NCBI GenBank assembly: GCA_007117415.1
Contig: SKGN01000040.1
Location: forward strand, 1-41,722
DNA length: 41,722 bases
Reading direction: 5' to 3'
Source of the DNA: Bacilli bacterium
Lineage (GTDB): Bacteria > Bacillota_I > Bacilli_A > RF39 > UBA660
Under the pieces are notes generated by a model. That model did not search any database. It was not told where the DNA came from and worked only from the letters and a program-made list of their open reading frames with translations. Below, piece by piece: positions 18,538 to 28,325 of this stretch. Position numbers and translations under genes: made by a program. Positions within the stretch are counted from its first letter, which is position 1; each line of letters begins with the position of its first letter.

Positions 18538-20091
18538 ATGGATATTATTATTTTATCCATTTTGACCTCTGCATTTGGATTAACTTTAGGAGCAACATCA
18601 GTAATACTATATAATCATACCAAAGGTATTAACTCAAACAAAAAAGCCGAAACTATTTTAGAGAAAGCTAAAAAAGAAGCTGAAAAAATAAAAAGAGAAT
18701 ATTTGTTTGAAGCTAAAGAAGAAACACATAAATATAAACTTGAAGTAGAAAAAGATTTAAAAGAAAAGAAAAACGAAGTAAAAGAGTTAGAAGAAAAATT
18801 GATACAGCGAGAAACTAGTATCGATAAGAGAGATGGAATGCTCCAAAATCGAGAAAAGATGTTAGATGATCGTGATAAAGATTTAATTTCAAGCCAAAAA
18901 GAAATCCAAAAAGCAGAAGCCGAAATGGAAGATATAAAAAAAGAACAATTATCATTACTTGAAAAAATATCAGGTTTTTCAAGAGAAAAGGCTCATGATT
19001 TAATATTAAAAAGAGTCGAAGAAACGATGGAAACAGAAATAGCTAGTTATATAAAAGATAGAGAAACAGAAGCTAAATTAAATGCAGATCGAAATGCTAA
19101 AAATTTAATGGTTATGTCAATGCAAAAATATTCATCAGATGTTACTAATGAACAAACAATATCGGTTATTAATTTACCTAACGATGAAATGAAAGGAAGA
19201 ATTATTGGTAGAGAAGGAAGAAATATTAGAACGATTGAAGCAGTTACGGGTGTTGATTTAATAATTGATGATACTCCAGAAGCAATTGTAATTTCTAGTT
19301 TTGATCCTTTACGAAGAGAAATCGCTAAGGAAACAATCGAAACATTAATAAAAGATGGTCGTATACATCCGGCAAGAATAGAAGAAGTTTATGATAAAGC
19401 GTGCAAGGATGTAAATTCTAAAATATTAGAATATGGGCAAGAGGCAATCTTTGAATTAGGTGTTACTAAGGTTGATTCTGAAATTGTTTCTTTATTAGGT
19501 AAACTATATTTTAGAACCAGTTATGGTCAAAATGCTTTACAACATTCAAAAGAAGTAGCGCATTTAGCGGGACTTATGGCTGCTGAAATTGGTGAGAATG
19601 TTAATTTAGCTAAGAGAGCAGGACTTTTACATGATATTGGTAAAGCAATTGATTTTGAAATAGAAGGAAGTCATATTGAAATCGGATATGATATTGCTAA
19701 GAAACACAATGAGGATGAAATTATATTGAACGCTATTCAATCTCATCATGGCGATGTTGATTCAAACAGTATTATATCGGTATTAGTAGCGGTAGCAGAT
19801 ACTTTGTCAGCTTCTAGACCGGGTGCCAGAAATGATTCGTTAGAAAATTATATTAAACGTTTAGAGCAATTAGAAAATATCGCTAATGCTGTAGATGGAG
19901 TAGATAAAGTTTTTGCTATTCAAGCAGGAAGAGAACTAAGAATTTTGGTTAATCCAGAAAAGGTAGATGATTTGAAAAGCTATAAAATAGCCAAAGATGT
20001 TAAAGATAGAATTGAAAATGAATTACAATATCCGGGAACGGTTAAAGTAACGGTGATAAGGGAAACAAGAGCTATAGAAGAGGCTAAATAA
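18538..20091 (+). CDS. rny: Ribonuclease Y (N-terminal TM, coiled coil, KH and HD domains)
   Basis: The KH motif is [12 protein letters not shown] and the HD motif is LLHDIGKA...SHHGD. RBS is GGAGG. It lies downstream of recA, as in Bacillus. Confidence 0.9.
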   Translation: MDIIILSILTSAFGLTLGATSVILYNHTKGINSNKKAETILEKAKKEAEKIKREYLFEAKEETHKYKLEVEKDLKEKKNEVKELEEKLIQRETSIDKRDGMLQNREKMLDDRDKDLISSQKEIQKAEAEMEDIKKEQLSLLEKISGFSREKAHDLILKRVEETMETEIASYIKDRETEAKLNADRNAKNLMVMSMQKYSSDVTNEQTISVINLPNDEMKGRIIGREGRNIRTIEAVTGVDLIIDDTPEAIVISSFDPLRREIAKETIETLIKDGRIHPARIEEVYDKACKDVNSKILEYGQEAIFELGVTKVDSEIVSLLGKLYFRTSYGQNALQHSKEVAHLAGLMAAEIGENVNLAKRAGLLHDIGKAIDFEIEGSHIEIGYDIAKKHNEDEIILNAIQSHHGDVDSNSIISVLVAVADTLSASRPGARNDSLENYIKRLEQLENIANAVDGVDKVFAIQAGRELRILVNPEKVDDLKSYKIAKDVKDRIENELQYPGTVKVTVIRETRAIEEAK

Positions 20092-20120
20092 AAGAAATCA
20101 ATTTTGATTTCTTTTTCTTT
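20091..20120 (+). terminator. Rho-independent terminator after rny
   Basis: AAAGAAATCAA / TTGATTTCTTT forms a hairpin followed by a T-rich tail. Confidence 0.65.
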
Positions 20121-20179
20121 ATATAATTCTTTTTTAATGTTATACTTAATATATAATGAAAAAGATAGGAAGTGATTAA

Positions 20180-20887
20180 ATGATAACACCACATATTGAA
20201 GCAGAAGTTGGAGAGATAGCGGATATTGTTTTAATGCCAGGAGATCCACTAAGGGCAAAATTTATAGCCGATAATTATTTAACTGATGTAATACAATTTA
20301 ATAAGATAAGAAATATGTATGGTTATACGGGATATTATAAAGGAAAAAGAGTATCCGTCATGGGTTCTGGAATGGGAATCCCTAGTATGGGTATTTATTC
20401 ATATGAATTATTTAAATTTTTTAATGTAAAAAAAATTATTAGAATTGGATCATGTGGAGCATTTGATAAAAATATTAAATTATATGACGTTATCTTAGTT
20501 GATAGAGCTTATAGTGATTCTACATATGCTTATGTTCAAAGTGGTAGCGATGAGAAATTTGTTGATAGTTCTAAAAACATTAATTATAAAATAGAACAGG
20601 TAGCTAAAAGCAATGGTATTAATTTTATAAAAGGTAATATTTATACCACTGATGTTTTTTCTTTTTATAGGCATACTGAAGGAGAAAAGGACATTATTAA
20701 GGAATATAATTGTATAGCCTCAGAAATGGAAGCTTTTGCCTTGTTTCATAATGCTAAAGTTTTAAATAAAGAAGCAGCTTGTCTTCTTACGGTAGTAGAT
20801 AATATTGCTACTAATGAAATAATTGATGCTGACAAAAGAGAAAAAAGTTTAAATAATATGATTGAATTAGCGTTATCATCGATATAA
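20180..20887 (+). CDS. deoD: Purine nucleoside phosphorylase, DeoD type
   Basis: PHIEAEVGEIADIVLMPGDPLRAKFIA, GMGIPSMGIY, RIGSCGA and SEMEA match the hexameric PNP family. Size is 235 aa. Confidence 0.9.
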   Translation: MITPHIEAEVGEIADIVLMPGDPLRAKFIADNYLTDVIQFNKIRNMYGYTGYYKGKRVSVMGSGMGIPSMGIYSYELFKFFNVKKIIRIGSCGAFDKNIKLYDVILVDRAYSDSTYAYVQSGSDEKFVDSSKNINYKIEQVAKSNGINFIKGNIYTTDVFSFYRHTEGEKDIIKEYNCIASEMEAFALFHNAKVLNKEAACLLTVVDNIATNEIIDADKREKSLNNMIELALSSI

Positions 20888-20934
20888 TAAAATAAACTTA
20901 TTTTCATATACTAATATGTAGTAGGAGGTAATTT

Positions 20935-22212
20935 ATGAAATATCAACGTTATGATTTAAATTCTTATAATTTACATTTAATAAAAACAACAAAGTTTAAA
21001 ACAGTTTCCGTTTTAATTAGTTTCAAAAGACCAATTATTAAAGAAGAAACAACTATTAGAAGTATGTTACCTCTTATGTTATTAAATTCTACTAAAGAAT
21101 TTCCGTCAACAAGATTATTAAATATTGAAGCGGAAAGACAGTATGGATTGAATTTATCCTATAATCAAAGACGGTTAGGTAATTATAATGTTTTAACTTT
21201 TTCTTTAAATATGATTAATGAAAAATGGACTGAAAAGGGGATGTTTGAAAAAAATCTCGCTTTTTTATTTGATGTTTTATTTAACCCTAATATAAATAAT
21301 GATGAATTTGATTCTAAGAGTTTTAATATTGTTCAAAATATATTGTATTCTAAATTACAATCGATTAAAGATGATATTAGTAAATACGGAATTGTTAGAA
21401 TGTTAGAAGAAATGGATGAAAAATCACCTATTTCATATCGCGTTGGTTATTTAGATGATGTAATTAAAATAGATGAAAAGAAACTATATAATTATTATAC
21501 AAATATGATTAAAAGCGATGATATAGATGTTTTAGTATTAGGTGATATTGACCCGATTCAGACTAAAAGAATATTTAAAAAGGCGTTTTTAATAAACACT
21601 ATCAAAAGGAATAAAAGTGATATTATTATAGAACACACTAAGTTGCGTCGTAAATTAAAGAAAGTTATAGAAAAAGAAAGTATAAAGCAAGCTAAATTAA
21701 CAGTGGGATTTAAAACCATGAAATTAAGTGAATATGAACGAAAGTATGTTATGCCTATATATAGTCGTATTTTAGGTGGTCCTAGTTATTCTAAACTATT
21801 TAGAACGGTTAGAGAAAAGAATTCTTTAGCGTATTATATAGCTTGTAATTATAGTATGCCTGATAATTTACTATTAGTATATTCAGGAATAAACAAAGAA
21901 AATTTTGATCCCACCTTACAATTAATAAAAAAAGAAGTTCAAAACATGAACAAAGGTAATATTACTGAAGAAGAAATAGATAATGCTAAAAAAGATGTTA
22001 TTAGTCTTTATGATACGATTGAAGATAATGCTTCCCAATCAATCAATTATTATTTATCAAAAGAATTATTAGAATTAGATGATTTAAAGACAAGGAAAAA
22101 GTTAATTAAGGAAGTAACAATTGACGATTTAAAAAAAGTTTCTAAAAAAATTAAAATAGATACAGCTCACTTATTATATGGAGATGATAATGATGAAAAA
22201 AATAAAGATTAA
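20935..22212 (+). CDS. M16-family peptidase-like protein lacking the HxxEH zinc motif (YmfF-like, probably non-catalytic partner)
   Basis: Size (425 aa) and pairing with the next gene fit this call. At the position of HxxEH the sequence reads RSMLPLMLLNST. RBS is AGGAGG. Confidence 0.7.
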   Translation: MKYQRYDLNSYNLHLIKTTKFKTVSVLISFKRPIIKEETTIRSMLPLMLLNSTKEFPSTRLLNIEAERQYGLNLSYNQRRLGNYNVLTFSLNMINEKWTEKGMFEKNLAFLFDVLFNPNINNDEFDSKSFNIVQNILYSKLQSIKDDISKYGIVRMLEEMDEKSPISYRVGYLDDVIKIDEKKLYNYYTNMIKSDDIDVLVLGDIDPIQTKRIFKKAFLINTIKRNKSDIIIEHTKLRRKLKKVIEKESIKQAKLTVGFKTMKLSEYERKYVMPIYSRILGGPSYSKLFRTVREKNSLAYYIACNYSMPDNLLLVYSGINKENFDPTLQLIKKEVQNMNKGNITEEEIDNAKKDVISLYDTIEDNASQSINYYLSKELLELDDLKTRKKLIKEVTIDDLKKVSKKIKIDTAHLLYGDDNDEKNKD

Positions 22213-23476
22213 TGATGTTGAAGAAATTTTATATTATGAGCAATTAAAAAATGGTCTTAATGTATATATGATTCCTAAAAAAACAGTTAACAATGTATAT
22301 GTAACTTACACTACTAAATATGGTTCGATTCATAATGAATTTAAATCTATTAATTCTAAGAAAATGATTAAAGTACCTAATGGTATTGCTCATTTTCTTG
22401 AACATAAAATGTTTGAGCAAGAGAATGGTGTAGATCCTATGATTTTCTTCACTAGCAAGGGAGCTGACGTCAATGCTTTTACAGGACTTTTAAATACAAC
22501 TTATTTATTTTATGGTTCAAAGCATTTAAATGATAATTTAAAATTTTTATTAGATTATGTTCATTCGCCATATTTTACAAATGAAAACGTGGAAAAAGAA
22601 AAAGGGATTATCGAACAAGAAATAAATATGTATGCTGATATCCCGTACTCTGAATTAGATGATGGTATTAGGAAAAATCTTTTTCATAATCACCCTGCTA
22701 AATATTCAATAGCAGGAACAATAAATGATGTTAACGATATTACTAAAGAACAATTATATGAATGCTATAACACTTTTTATCATCCATCAAATATGTTTTT
22801 AGTATTAACGGGAAATTTTAATCCTGAAGAAGTTATAACTATAGTAAAACAAAAACAAGAAGAAAGATGTGTTCCGTCAGTTGAAAAAATCGAAACTAAA
22901 AAAGTTAAAGAACCACCAACGGTAATTAAAGAATATGAAGAAAAAATAATGAATGTTGAAATAGCAAAAATAGCATTTAGTTTTAAAATTTGTTTAACCG
23001 ATTTTCAAAAGGAACGAAGAAAGCATGACATTTATTTGTTAATTTTATTTTTAGTTTTGTTTGGTCAAACATCTTTGTTTTATGAGAAGATGAAGGAAAA
23101 CAGTTATGTTGATTCAGAAATTGACATAAATTATTTACATATTGATGATTACGCAATTTTAAATTTAACAAGTGACACTAAAAAACCAAAAGAGTTAATT
23201 AATGCTATAAAAGAAGAAATAGAGAATATAAATATTGATGAAAAAGAATTTAAAAGAAAAAAGAAAGTTTTAATCAGTTCGATGATTCATTTGTTTGAAA
23301 ACATTAAAACTTTAAATCATCATATTATTGACAGTGTAAATAACTATGGAAACTTTAATAATGATATGTTAAAATTATTAAGAGGATTAAATATTAAAGA
23401 GTATAGAGAATTTATTTTCAAACTAAACTTTAATAATTACTCATCATTTGTTATTAAACCTAAAGATAAAAAATAA
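22190..23476 (+). CDS. M16-family zinc metallopeptidase (YmfH-like, catalytic HxxEH present)
   Basis: GIAHFLEHKMFE is the inverted zincin HxxEH motif. GGAG at 22180-22183 favours ATG 22190 over the track start 22178. The gene overlaps the upstream gene's end. Confidence 0.8.
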   Translation: MMKKIKINDVEEILYYEQLKNGLNVYMIPKKTVNNVYVTYTTKYGSIHNEFKSINSKKMIKVPNGIAHFLEHKMFEQENGVDPMIFFTSKGADVNAFTGLLNTTYLFYGSKHLNDNLKFLLDYVHSPYFTNENVEKEKGIIEQEINMYADIPYSELDDGIRKNLFHNHPAKYSIAGTINDVNDITKEQLYECYNTFYHPSNMFLVLTGNFNPEEVITIVKQKQEERCVPSVEKIETKKVKEPPTVIKEYEEKIMNVEIAKIAFSFKICLTDFQKERRKHDIYLLILFLVLFGQTSLFYEKMKENSYVDSEIDINYLHIDDYAILNLTSDTKKPKELINAIKEEIENINIDEKEFKRKKKVLISSMIHLFENIKTLNHHIIDSVNNYGNFNNDMLKLLRGLNIKEYREFIFKLNFNNYSSFVIKPKDKK

Positions 23477-23485
23477 GGAGGAAGC

Positions 23486-24382
23486 ATGTTAAAAGTTGAT
23501 AATGTTACTAAATATTACGGTCCTTTAAAAGCAGTTGATGATTTATCATTTAGTGTTAAACCGGGTGATGTTTTTGGGTTGCTTGGCGTAAATGGTGCTG
23601 GTAAAACAACCACTTTTAGAATTATAATGGGATTATTAGATTTTGATGGTGGCGAGGTTACTTTAGATGGTGAAAAAATAGATTATAGTGTTACCGACAA
23701 AATTGGGTTCTTAACGGAAGAAAGAAGTTTATTAACAAAACTTACTGTTATGGAACAAGCTATTTATTATGGTATTTTAAAAGGTATGACCGAAGAGAAG
23801 GTAGAAAAAGAATTAGATAAATGGTTAATAAGATTTGGTATTGTTGATTATAAGCATCGTAAAATTAAAGAATTATCAAAAGGGAATCAACAAAAAATAC
23901 AATTTATAACGGCAATCATTAATGAACCCAAATTATTAATTTTAGATGAACCTTTTTCTGGTCTCGATCCTATAAATGTTGAAATGTTCAAAGAAGTAAT
24001 TAAAGAACTAGAAAAAAAAGGGTCTATGATTATTTTTTCTTCACATCGAATGGAACATATCGAATTATTTTGTGATAAGATTGTTGTTTTAGTAGAAGGA
24101 AAATCAGTTTTAAAAGGTAGTATAAAAGATATTAAGAAGGAATATCGTAAGAAAAACATACTGATAAAAGGTGATATAGATAAAACTAAATTAGAAAAAA
24201 TTAAAGGTGTCTTGAAAATTATTAAAAAAAGTGATGAGTATGAAGTGAAGATAGAAGATGAGAAGTATATTAAAGACGTTTTCGATTATACAACTACATG
24301 TGATAATGTTACTAAATTTGTGGTTGAAGAACCTTCTTTAAATGAAATTTTCGTTTCAAGAGTAGGTGAAAAGTATGAATAA
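23486..24382 (+). CDS. ABC transporter ATP-binding protein (ABC-2 / NatA-YhaQ-like)
   Basis: Walker A is GVNGAGKTT, the signature is LSKGNQQK, Walker B is LLILDEP and the H-loop is SSH. Confidence 0.85.
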   Translation: MLKVDNVTKYYGPLKAVDDLSFSVKPGDVFGLLGVNGAGKTTTFRIIMGLLDFDGGEVTLDGEKIDYSVTDKIGFLTEERSLLTKLTVMEQAIYYGILKGMTEEKVEKELDKWLIRFGIVDYKHRKIKELSKGNQQKIQFITAIINEPKLLILDEPFSGLDPINVEMFKEVIKELEKKGSMIIFSSHRMEHIELFCDKIVVLVEGKSVLKGSIKDIKKEYRKKNILIKGDIDKTKLEKIKGVLKIIKKSDEYEVKIEDEKYIKDVFDYTTTCDNVTKFVVEEPSLNEIFVSRVGEKYE

Positions 24383-25691
24383 AAAATTAAAATATTTAAC
24401 AAAAGTAAGTTTAAACAAAAAAATTAAATCGAAATGGTTTTTAATTGTTAACATATTAATTGTGATTGCTATTGTTAGTTTAGTCAATATTGATAGTATT
24501 ATTAATTTTTTTGGTGGTAGTTTTGGTAAAGATACTAATATTATTGTAGTTGATAATACTGATCGAAGTTTTCAATTGTTTGAGAATGCGATGGAAAACA
24601 CTAATGATATTATCAGTGGTTTTGATACTAGTAAATTAGTTGTTACGATTAACGATGAAGAAGAAGCGGCTATTGAAAAAATAGAAGATAATAAGACAAT
24701 TGTGGTAGTTTTAAATGAAGATGAAGAAAATGTTATAGCTGCTAAAATAATAACCGAAAAATATATAGACGCAGTTTTACATCAAAAAATTATAGCGTCT
24801 ATTAATGTTGTTAGATCTTCTTTAGTGATTAGTGATTATGATATTAATGTTGAAGATTTAATTAAAATTAATACCCCGGCTGAAATTGAAAGAGTATATT
24901 TAGATGAAACTAAAACGCAAAGTGAAGAACACATGAGTATTATAATGAGTGTTGTTTTTCCAACTTTAATTTTACCCTTTTTCATGCTGATTATTTTCTT
25001 GGTACAGATGATAGGGGCTGAAATTAATGAAGAAAAAACAACAAGGGGAATGGAAATTATTATTTCTAATGTTTCGCCTAAGACGCATTTTATTTCCAAA
25101 ATGTTAGCTAGTAATATTTTTGTTTTAATCCAAGGAACAATATTATTTTTAGCAGGAATGTTAGGCTTATTAGTAAGAACAAAGTTTAATAAAACAGTGA
25201 CAGGAATATTACCTGAAGGTGTTAATATAAGTGGTCTTTGGGAACAGTTAGTTGAGTCTGGAGTGGCTGATAAATTAATATATATTATTCCTTTAACCTT
25301 GTTACTTATTGTATTGAGTTTTGTTGCTTATTCTTTATTAGCGGGCATTTTAGCTTCGATGACAACAAGTATGGAAGACTTTCAACAATTACAAACACCC
25401 ATTATTATTATATCGGTAGCCGGCTATTATTTAGCTATGCTAGCTCCGCTATTTGAAGGTGCTATTTTTATTAGATTAGCAGCCTATTTACCATTTTTAT
25501 CATCACTTTTGTGCCCAGCATTATTAATAATTGGTCAGATCGGTATAATTGATGTCTTTATTGCTATTTTATTATTAGTTATATTAATATATTTAATGAT
25601 TACTTATGGATTAAAAATATACAAAGTTGGTATTTTAAATTATTCTACATCTAAGTTATGGTTAAAGATGATTAAGGCTGTAAAAGAGTAG
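24375..25691 (+). CDS. ABC-2 type transporter permease (NatB/YhaP-like)
   Basis: It has an N-terminal TM, a large extracytoplasmic loop and a C-terminal bundle of 5-6 TM helices. The start overlaps the ATPase stop (ATGAATAA). AGGTGA at 24364-24369 favours ATG 24375 over GTG 24366. Confidence 0.7.
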   Translation: MNKKLKYLTKVSLNKKIKSKWFLIVNILIVIAIVSLVNIDSIINFFGGSFGKDTNIIVVDNTDRSFQLFENAMENTNDIISGFDTSKLVVTINDEEEAAIEKIEDNKTIVVVLNEDEENVIAAKIITEKYIDAVLHQKIIASINVVRSSLVISDYDINVEDLIKINTPAEIERVYLDETKTQSEEHMSIIMSVVFPTLILPFFMLIIFLVQMIGAEINEEKTTRGMEIIISNVSPKTHFISKMLASNIFVLIQGTILFLAGMLGLLVRTKFNKTVTGILPEGVNISGLWEQLVESGVADKLIYIIPLTLLLIVLSFVAYSLLAGILASMTTSMEDFQQLQTPIIIISVAGYYLAMLAPLFEGAIFIRLAAYLPFLSSLLCPALLIIGQIGIIDVFIAILLLVILIYLMITYGLKIYKVGILNYSTSKLWLKMIKAVKE

Positions 25692-25693
25692 TT

Positions 25694-25731
25694 AAAAGAC
25701 ATATAATTAGAGATAATTATATGTCTTTTTA
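25694..25731 (+). terminator. Strong rho-independent terminator after the ABC permease
   Basis: A perfect 16-bp stem AAAAGACATATAATTA / TAATTATATGTCTTTT with loop GAGA is followed by a T-run. Confidence 0.8.
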
Positions 25732-25797
25732 TTAGTTGTTTTTATTTTGGTTTTATGTTATTATTATTTAGAATAGAGGGTTTCTTGAGGTGATGCT

Positions 25798-28209
25798 ATG
25801 CCTAATATAGGAGAACAATTTATTATTAATCATGAAAATGCTTTAGCAAAAGAAAAAGCTATTTTTAAAGGTAAATATTATCGAATAACAATTCTTACAG
25901 AAAGGTTAGCTCGTTTTGAATATAATCCTGAAGGTGTTTTTGAAGATAAACCAACTCAGTTTGCGTTTTTTAGAAACTTTGATGCACCGGCTTTTTCGGT
26001 TAAAGAAGATAATAAATTTCTTGAAATAACAACCAAATATTTCAAAATAGAATATACCAAAGAAAAACCTTTTTCAACTAGTAAAATAGTACCAGGTGGG
26101 AATTTACGTGTTACGTTATTAAGTACCGATAAAATATGGTATCAAGGTCATCCAGAAGTTAGGAACTATTATTCTACTAACGTATCATTAGATAATATGG
26201 GGGATACGATAAACCTAAAAAAAGGATTATATTCATCCGATGGTTTTGTTAGCATTGATGATTCGGCTAGTTATGTTATTAAAGAAGATGGAACATTAGA
26301 GGCAAGAAGTAATAAGATAGTTGATATTTATTTATTTGCGTATCGTAAGGACTTTGGTTTTTGTTTAAAAGACTATTTTGATTTAACAACCAAGCCTCCT
26401 TTAATTTCTAGATATGCTTTAGGTATTTGGTGGAGTAGAAATTATAATTATAAAGAAGATGAATTGTTAAATTTATTTGCAAAATTTAATAAAAATGAAA
26501 TTCCTTTATCAGTTTTACTCTTAGATAAAGACTGGCATATTAGAAATTATGATAAACAAAAGAATTTAATTACCGGTTATAGTTTTAATAAACAATTATT
26601 TCCAGCCCCGTATGAATTTATTAATAAGATGCATTCCTTGGGAATAAAAGTAGGGCTTCATATTAATCCTATTGAGGGAATCCATCCTCATGAAGAAATG
26701 TATTCTAAAGCAGCTACTTATTTAGAACAAGCCGAAAATAAAACAATTCCCTTTGATTATCATAATCCTAAATTTTTAGAAGTATACTTTAAATTATTAC
26801 TTAGGCCATTAGAGGCTTTGGGAGTAGACTTTTTTTGGAATGATTATTATGATCGAAAAAATTTGTTGCCTTTATGGATTTTTAATCATTATCATTTTTT
26901 AGATTCAGATCGAGGAGAAGCTAAAAGAGGGATGTTATTAGCTAGAAATTCATTAATTGGCGGACATCGATATGGGGTTTTATATTCTGGTAAAACAAAA
27001 GTTAGTTGGAACACATTAAAGATGTTACCCTTTTATAATTTAACGAGTTCTAACATTGGTATTTCGTGGTGGAGTCATGATATTGGCGGTTTTCATTCGG
27101 GTATTGAAGAAAATGAATTATATATTAGATATGTTCAGTTAGGTGCTTTTAGTCCTATCTTTAGAATTCATTTTGATCGTGGAAGGTATTATAAGCGAGA
27201 ACCTTGGAAATGGGATGTTCAAACCTTTGAAATAATTAAATACTATATGCAACTTAGGCATAGATTAATTCCTTATCTTTATACTGAAGCTTATAAATAT
27301 CATAAAGTTGGTACGCCTCTTGTTCAACCTCTTTACTATAAATTTCCCCAAATATATGATGAACCTCTTTATAAAAATGAATATTATTTTGGTTCAGAAT
27401 TAATGGTTTCACCACTTACGGAAAAAAAAGATATTGTGATGAATAGGGTTGTTCATAAATTTTATTTACCAGCTGGTACATGGTATGATTTTAAAACTGG
27501 CAAAAAATTCCCTGGAGATAGAACTTATGTATCCTTCTTTAGAGATCAAGATTATCCTGTATTTGCTAAAAGTGGTTCTATTATTCCTTTATCAAATGAT
27601 ATTGAAAAGAATAATGTTGGTCCACCTCAAAATTTAGAAATACATGTTTTTCCGGGTAGAAGTAATACCTATAAGTTATATGAAGATGATGGTGTTACTA
27701 ATTTACATAAGCAGGGGTATTATTTAATAACCGCTATTGATTATAATTACCGAGAAAGTAATTATACCGTTGTTATTAGAGCATTAGAAGGCAAAAGTGG
27801 TATAATTCCTAAAACTAGAAACTATAAAATAAGATTTAGAAATACTAAACAAACTAATGATCTTGAAGTTTTCGCTAATGATCAAAAAATATCTTTTGAT
27901 TCTTATGTAGATGAGAATGATTTTGTTATTGAAGTGAAAGATGTATCCACTATTGGTCAATTAACCATTAATTGTAAAGGTAAAGCCATCGAAATAGATG
28001 CCGTAAGATTAATTAATGATGATATTGATGGTGTTATTAGTGATTTGCCAATCATTACGGAACTAAAAGAAAAAATAGCGAATATTATTTTCAGTGATTT
28101 AACCATTAAAAAGAAAAGAATAGGAATAAAAAAACTTAAGCGAAATAAATTAGAAGATAGATTTATTAGAATGTTTTTAAGGTTATTAGAATATATGGAA
28201 CAAATATAA
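25798..28209 (+). CDS. Glycoside hydrolase family 31 protein (cytoplasmic alpha-glycosidase/transglycosidase type)
   Basis: The 803-aa ORF has no signal peptide. A (beta/alpha)8 region carries GVDFFWNDYYD (nucleophile-region variant of the GH31 W-x-D-M-N-E signature), WWSHDIGGF (acid/base region) and FSPIFRIH. RBS is GAGGTGA. Confidence 0.75.
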   Translation: MPNIGEQFIINHENALAKEKAIFKGKYYRITILTERLARFEYNPEGVFEDKPTQFAFFRNFDAPAFSVKEDNKFLEITTKYFKIEYTKEKPFSTSKIVPGGNLRVTLLSTDKIWYQGHPEVRNYYSTNVSLDNMGDTINLKKGLYSSDGFVSIDDSASYVIKEDGTLEARSNKIVDIYLFAYRKDFGFCLKDYFDLTTKPPLISRYALGIWWSRNYNYKEDELLNLFAKFNKNEIPLSVLLLDKDWHIRNYDKQKNLITGYSFNKQLFPAPYEFINKMHSLGIKVGLHINPIEGIHPHEEMYSKAATYLEQAENKTIPFDYHNPKFLEVYFKLLLRPLEALGVDFFWNDYYDRKNLLPLWIFNHYHFLDSDRGEAKRGMLLARNSLIGGHRYGVLYSGKTKVSWNTLKMLPFYNLTSSNIGISWWSHDIGGFHSGIEENELYIRYVQLGAFSPIFRIHFDRGRYYKREPWKWDVQTFEIIKYYMQLRHRLIPYLYTEAYKYHKVGTPLVQPLYYKFPQIYDEPLYKNEYYFGSELMVSPLTEKKDIVMNRVVHKFYLPAGTWYDFKTGKKFPGDRTYVSFFRDQDYPVFAKSGSIIPLSNDIEKNNVGPPQNLEIHVFPGRSNTYKLYEDDGVTNLHKQGYYLITAIDYNYRESNYTVVIRALEGKSGIIPKTRNYKIRFRNTKQTNDLEVFANDQKISFDSYVDENDFVIEVKDVSTIGQLTINCKGKAIEIDAVRLINDDIDGVISDLPIITELKEKIANIIFSDLTIKKKRIGIKKLKRNKLEDRFIRMFLRLLEYMEQI

Positions 28210-28228
28210 GTGCTTAAAACGTGTTCAT

Positions 28229-28255
28229 AGAGGTACTTTATGTACTTCTTTTTTG
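28229..28255 (+). terminator. Rho-independent terminator after the GH31 gene
   Basis: AGAGGTAC / GTACTTCT forms a stem (one G:U pair) with loop TTTAT and a T-run. Confidence 0.6.
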
Positions 28256-28264
28256 TATAAAAAG

Positions 28265-28294
28265 TTAGAAAATGTTGTAAACGTATGCTATAAT
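28265..28294 (+). promoter_or_regulatory. Putative promoter for the small membrane ORF + leuS (TTAGAA-N18-TGcTATAAT)
   Basis: A consensus TATAAT at 28289-28294 is preceded by TGc (extended -10). TTAGAA is at 28265-28270. Confidence 0.45.
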
Positions 28295-28325
28295 TTAAAT
28301 ATATTATTAGTAATGGAGTGAAAAG

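Noticed and set aside
18046-20258. Minus-strand ORFs 18046..18243 and 19980..20258
   Set aside because: The first is antisense within recA. The second is antisense to the rny 3' end, runs through the rny terminator and into the deoD start. Neither has an RBS or recognisable motifs.
22983-25099. Minus-strand ORFs 22983..23171, 23887..24159 and 24836..25099
   Set aside because: They are antisense within the M16 peptidase, the ABC ATPase and the ABC permease genes respectively. These are shadow ORFs typical of AT-rich DNA.
20935-25691. M16 peptidase pair + ABC ATPase/permease resembling the AlbE/AlbF-AlbC/AlbD part of the subtilosin (RiPP) cluster
   Set aside because: There is no radical-SAM gene, precursor-peptide ORF or immunity gene nearby. 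Sizes and motif pattern (one HxxEH-positive, one negative) fit the housekeeping ymfF/ymfH pair that neighbours rodZ-pgsA-recA in Bacillus.
17251-25731. Two terminators (17251-17280 and 25694-25731) share the arm sequence AAAAGACATAT...ATATGTCTTTT
   Set aside because: The shared segment is only about 11 nt per arm and is AT-rich. The loops and stem lengths differ and the flanks are unrelated. This is more likely convergent terminator composition than a repeat family, though genome-wide counting could revisit it.
27449-27637. 62-aa + strand ORF in an alternative frame
   Set aside because: It is nested out of frame within the GH31 CDS, which has continuous family-level similarity through this segment.
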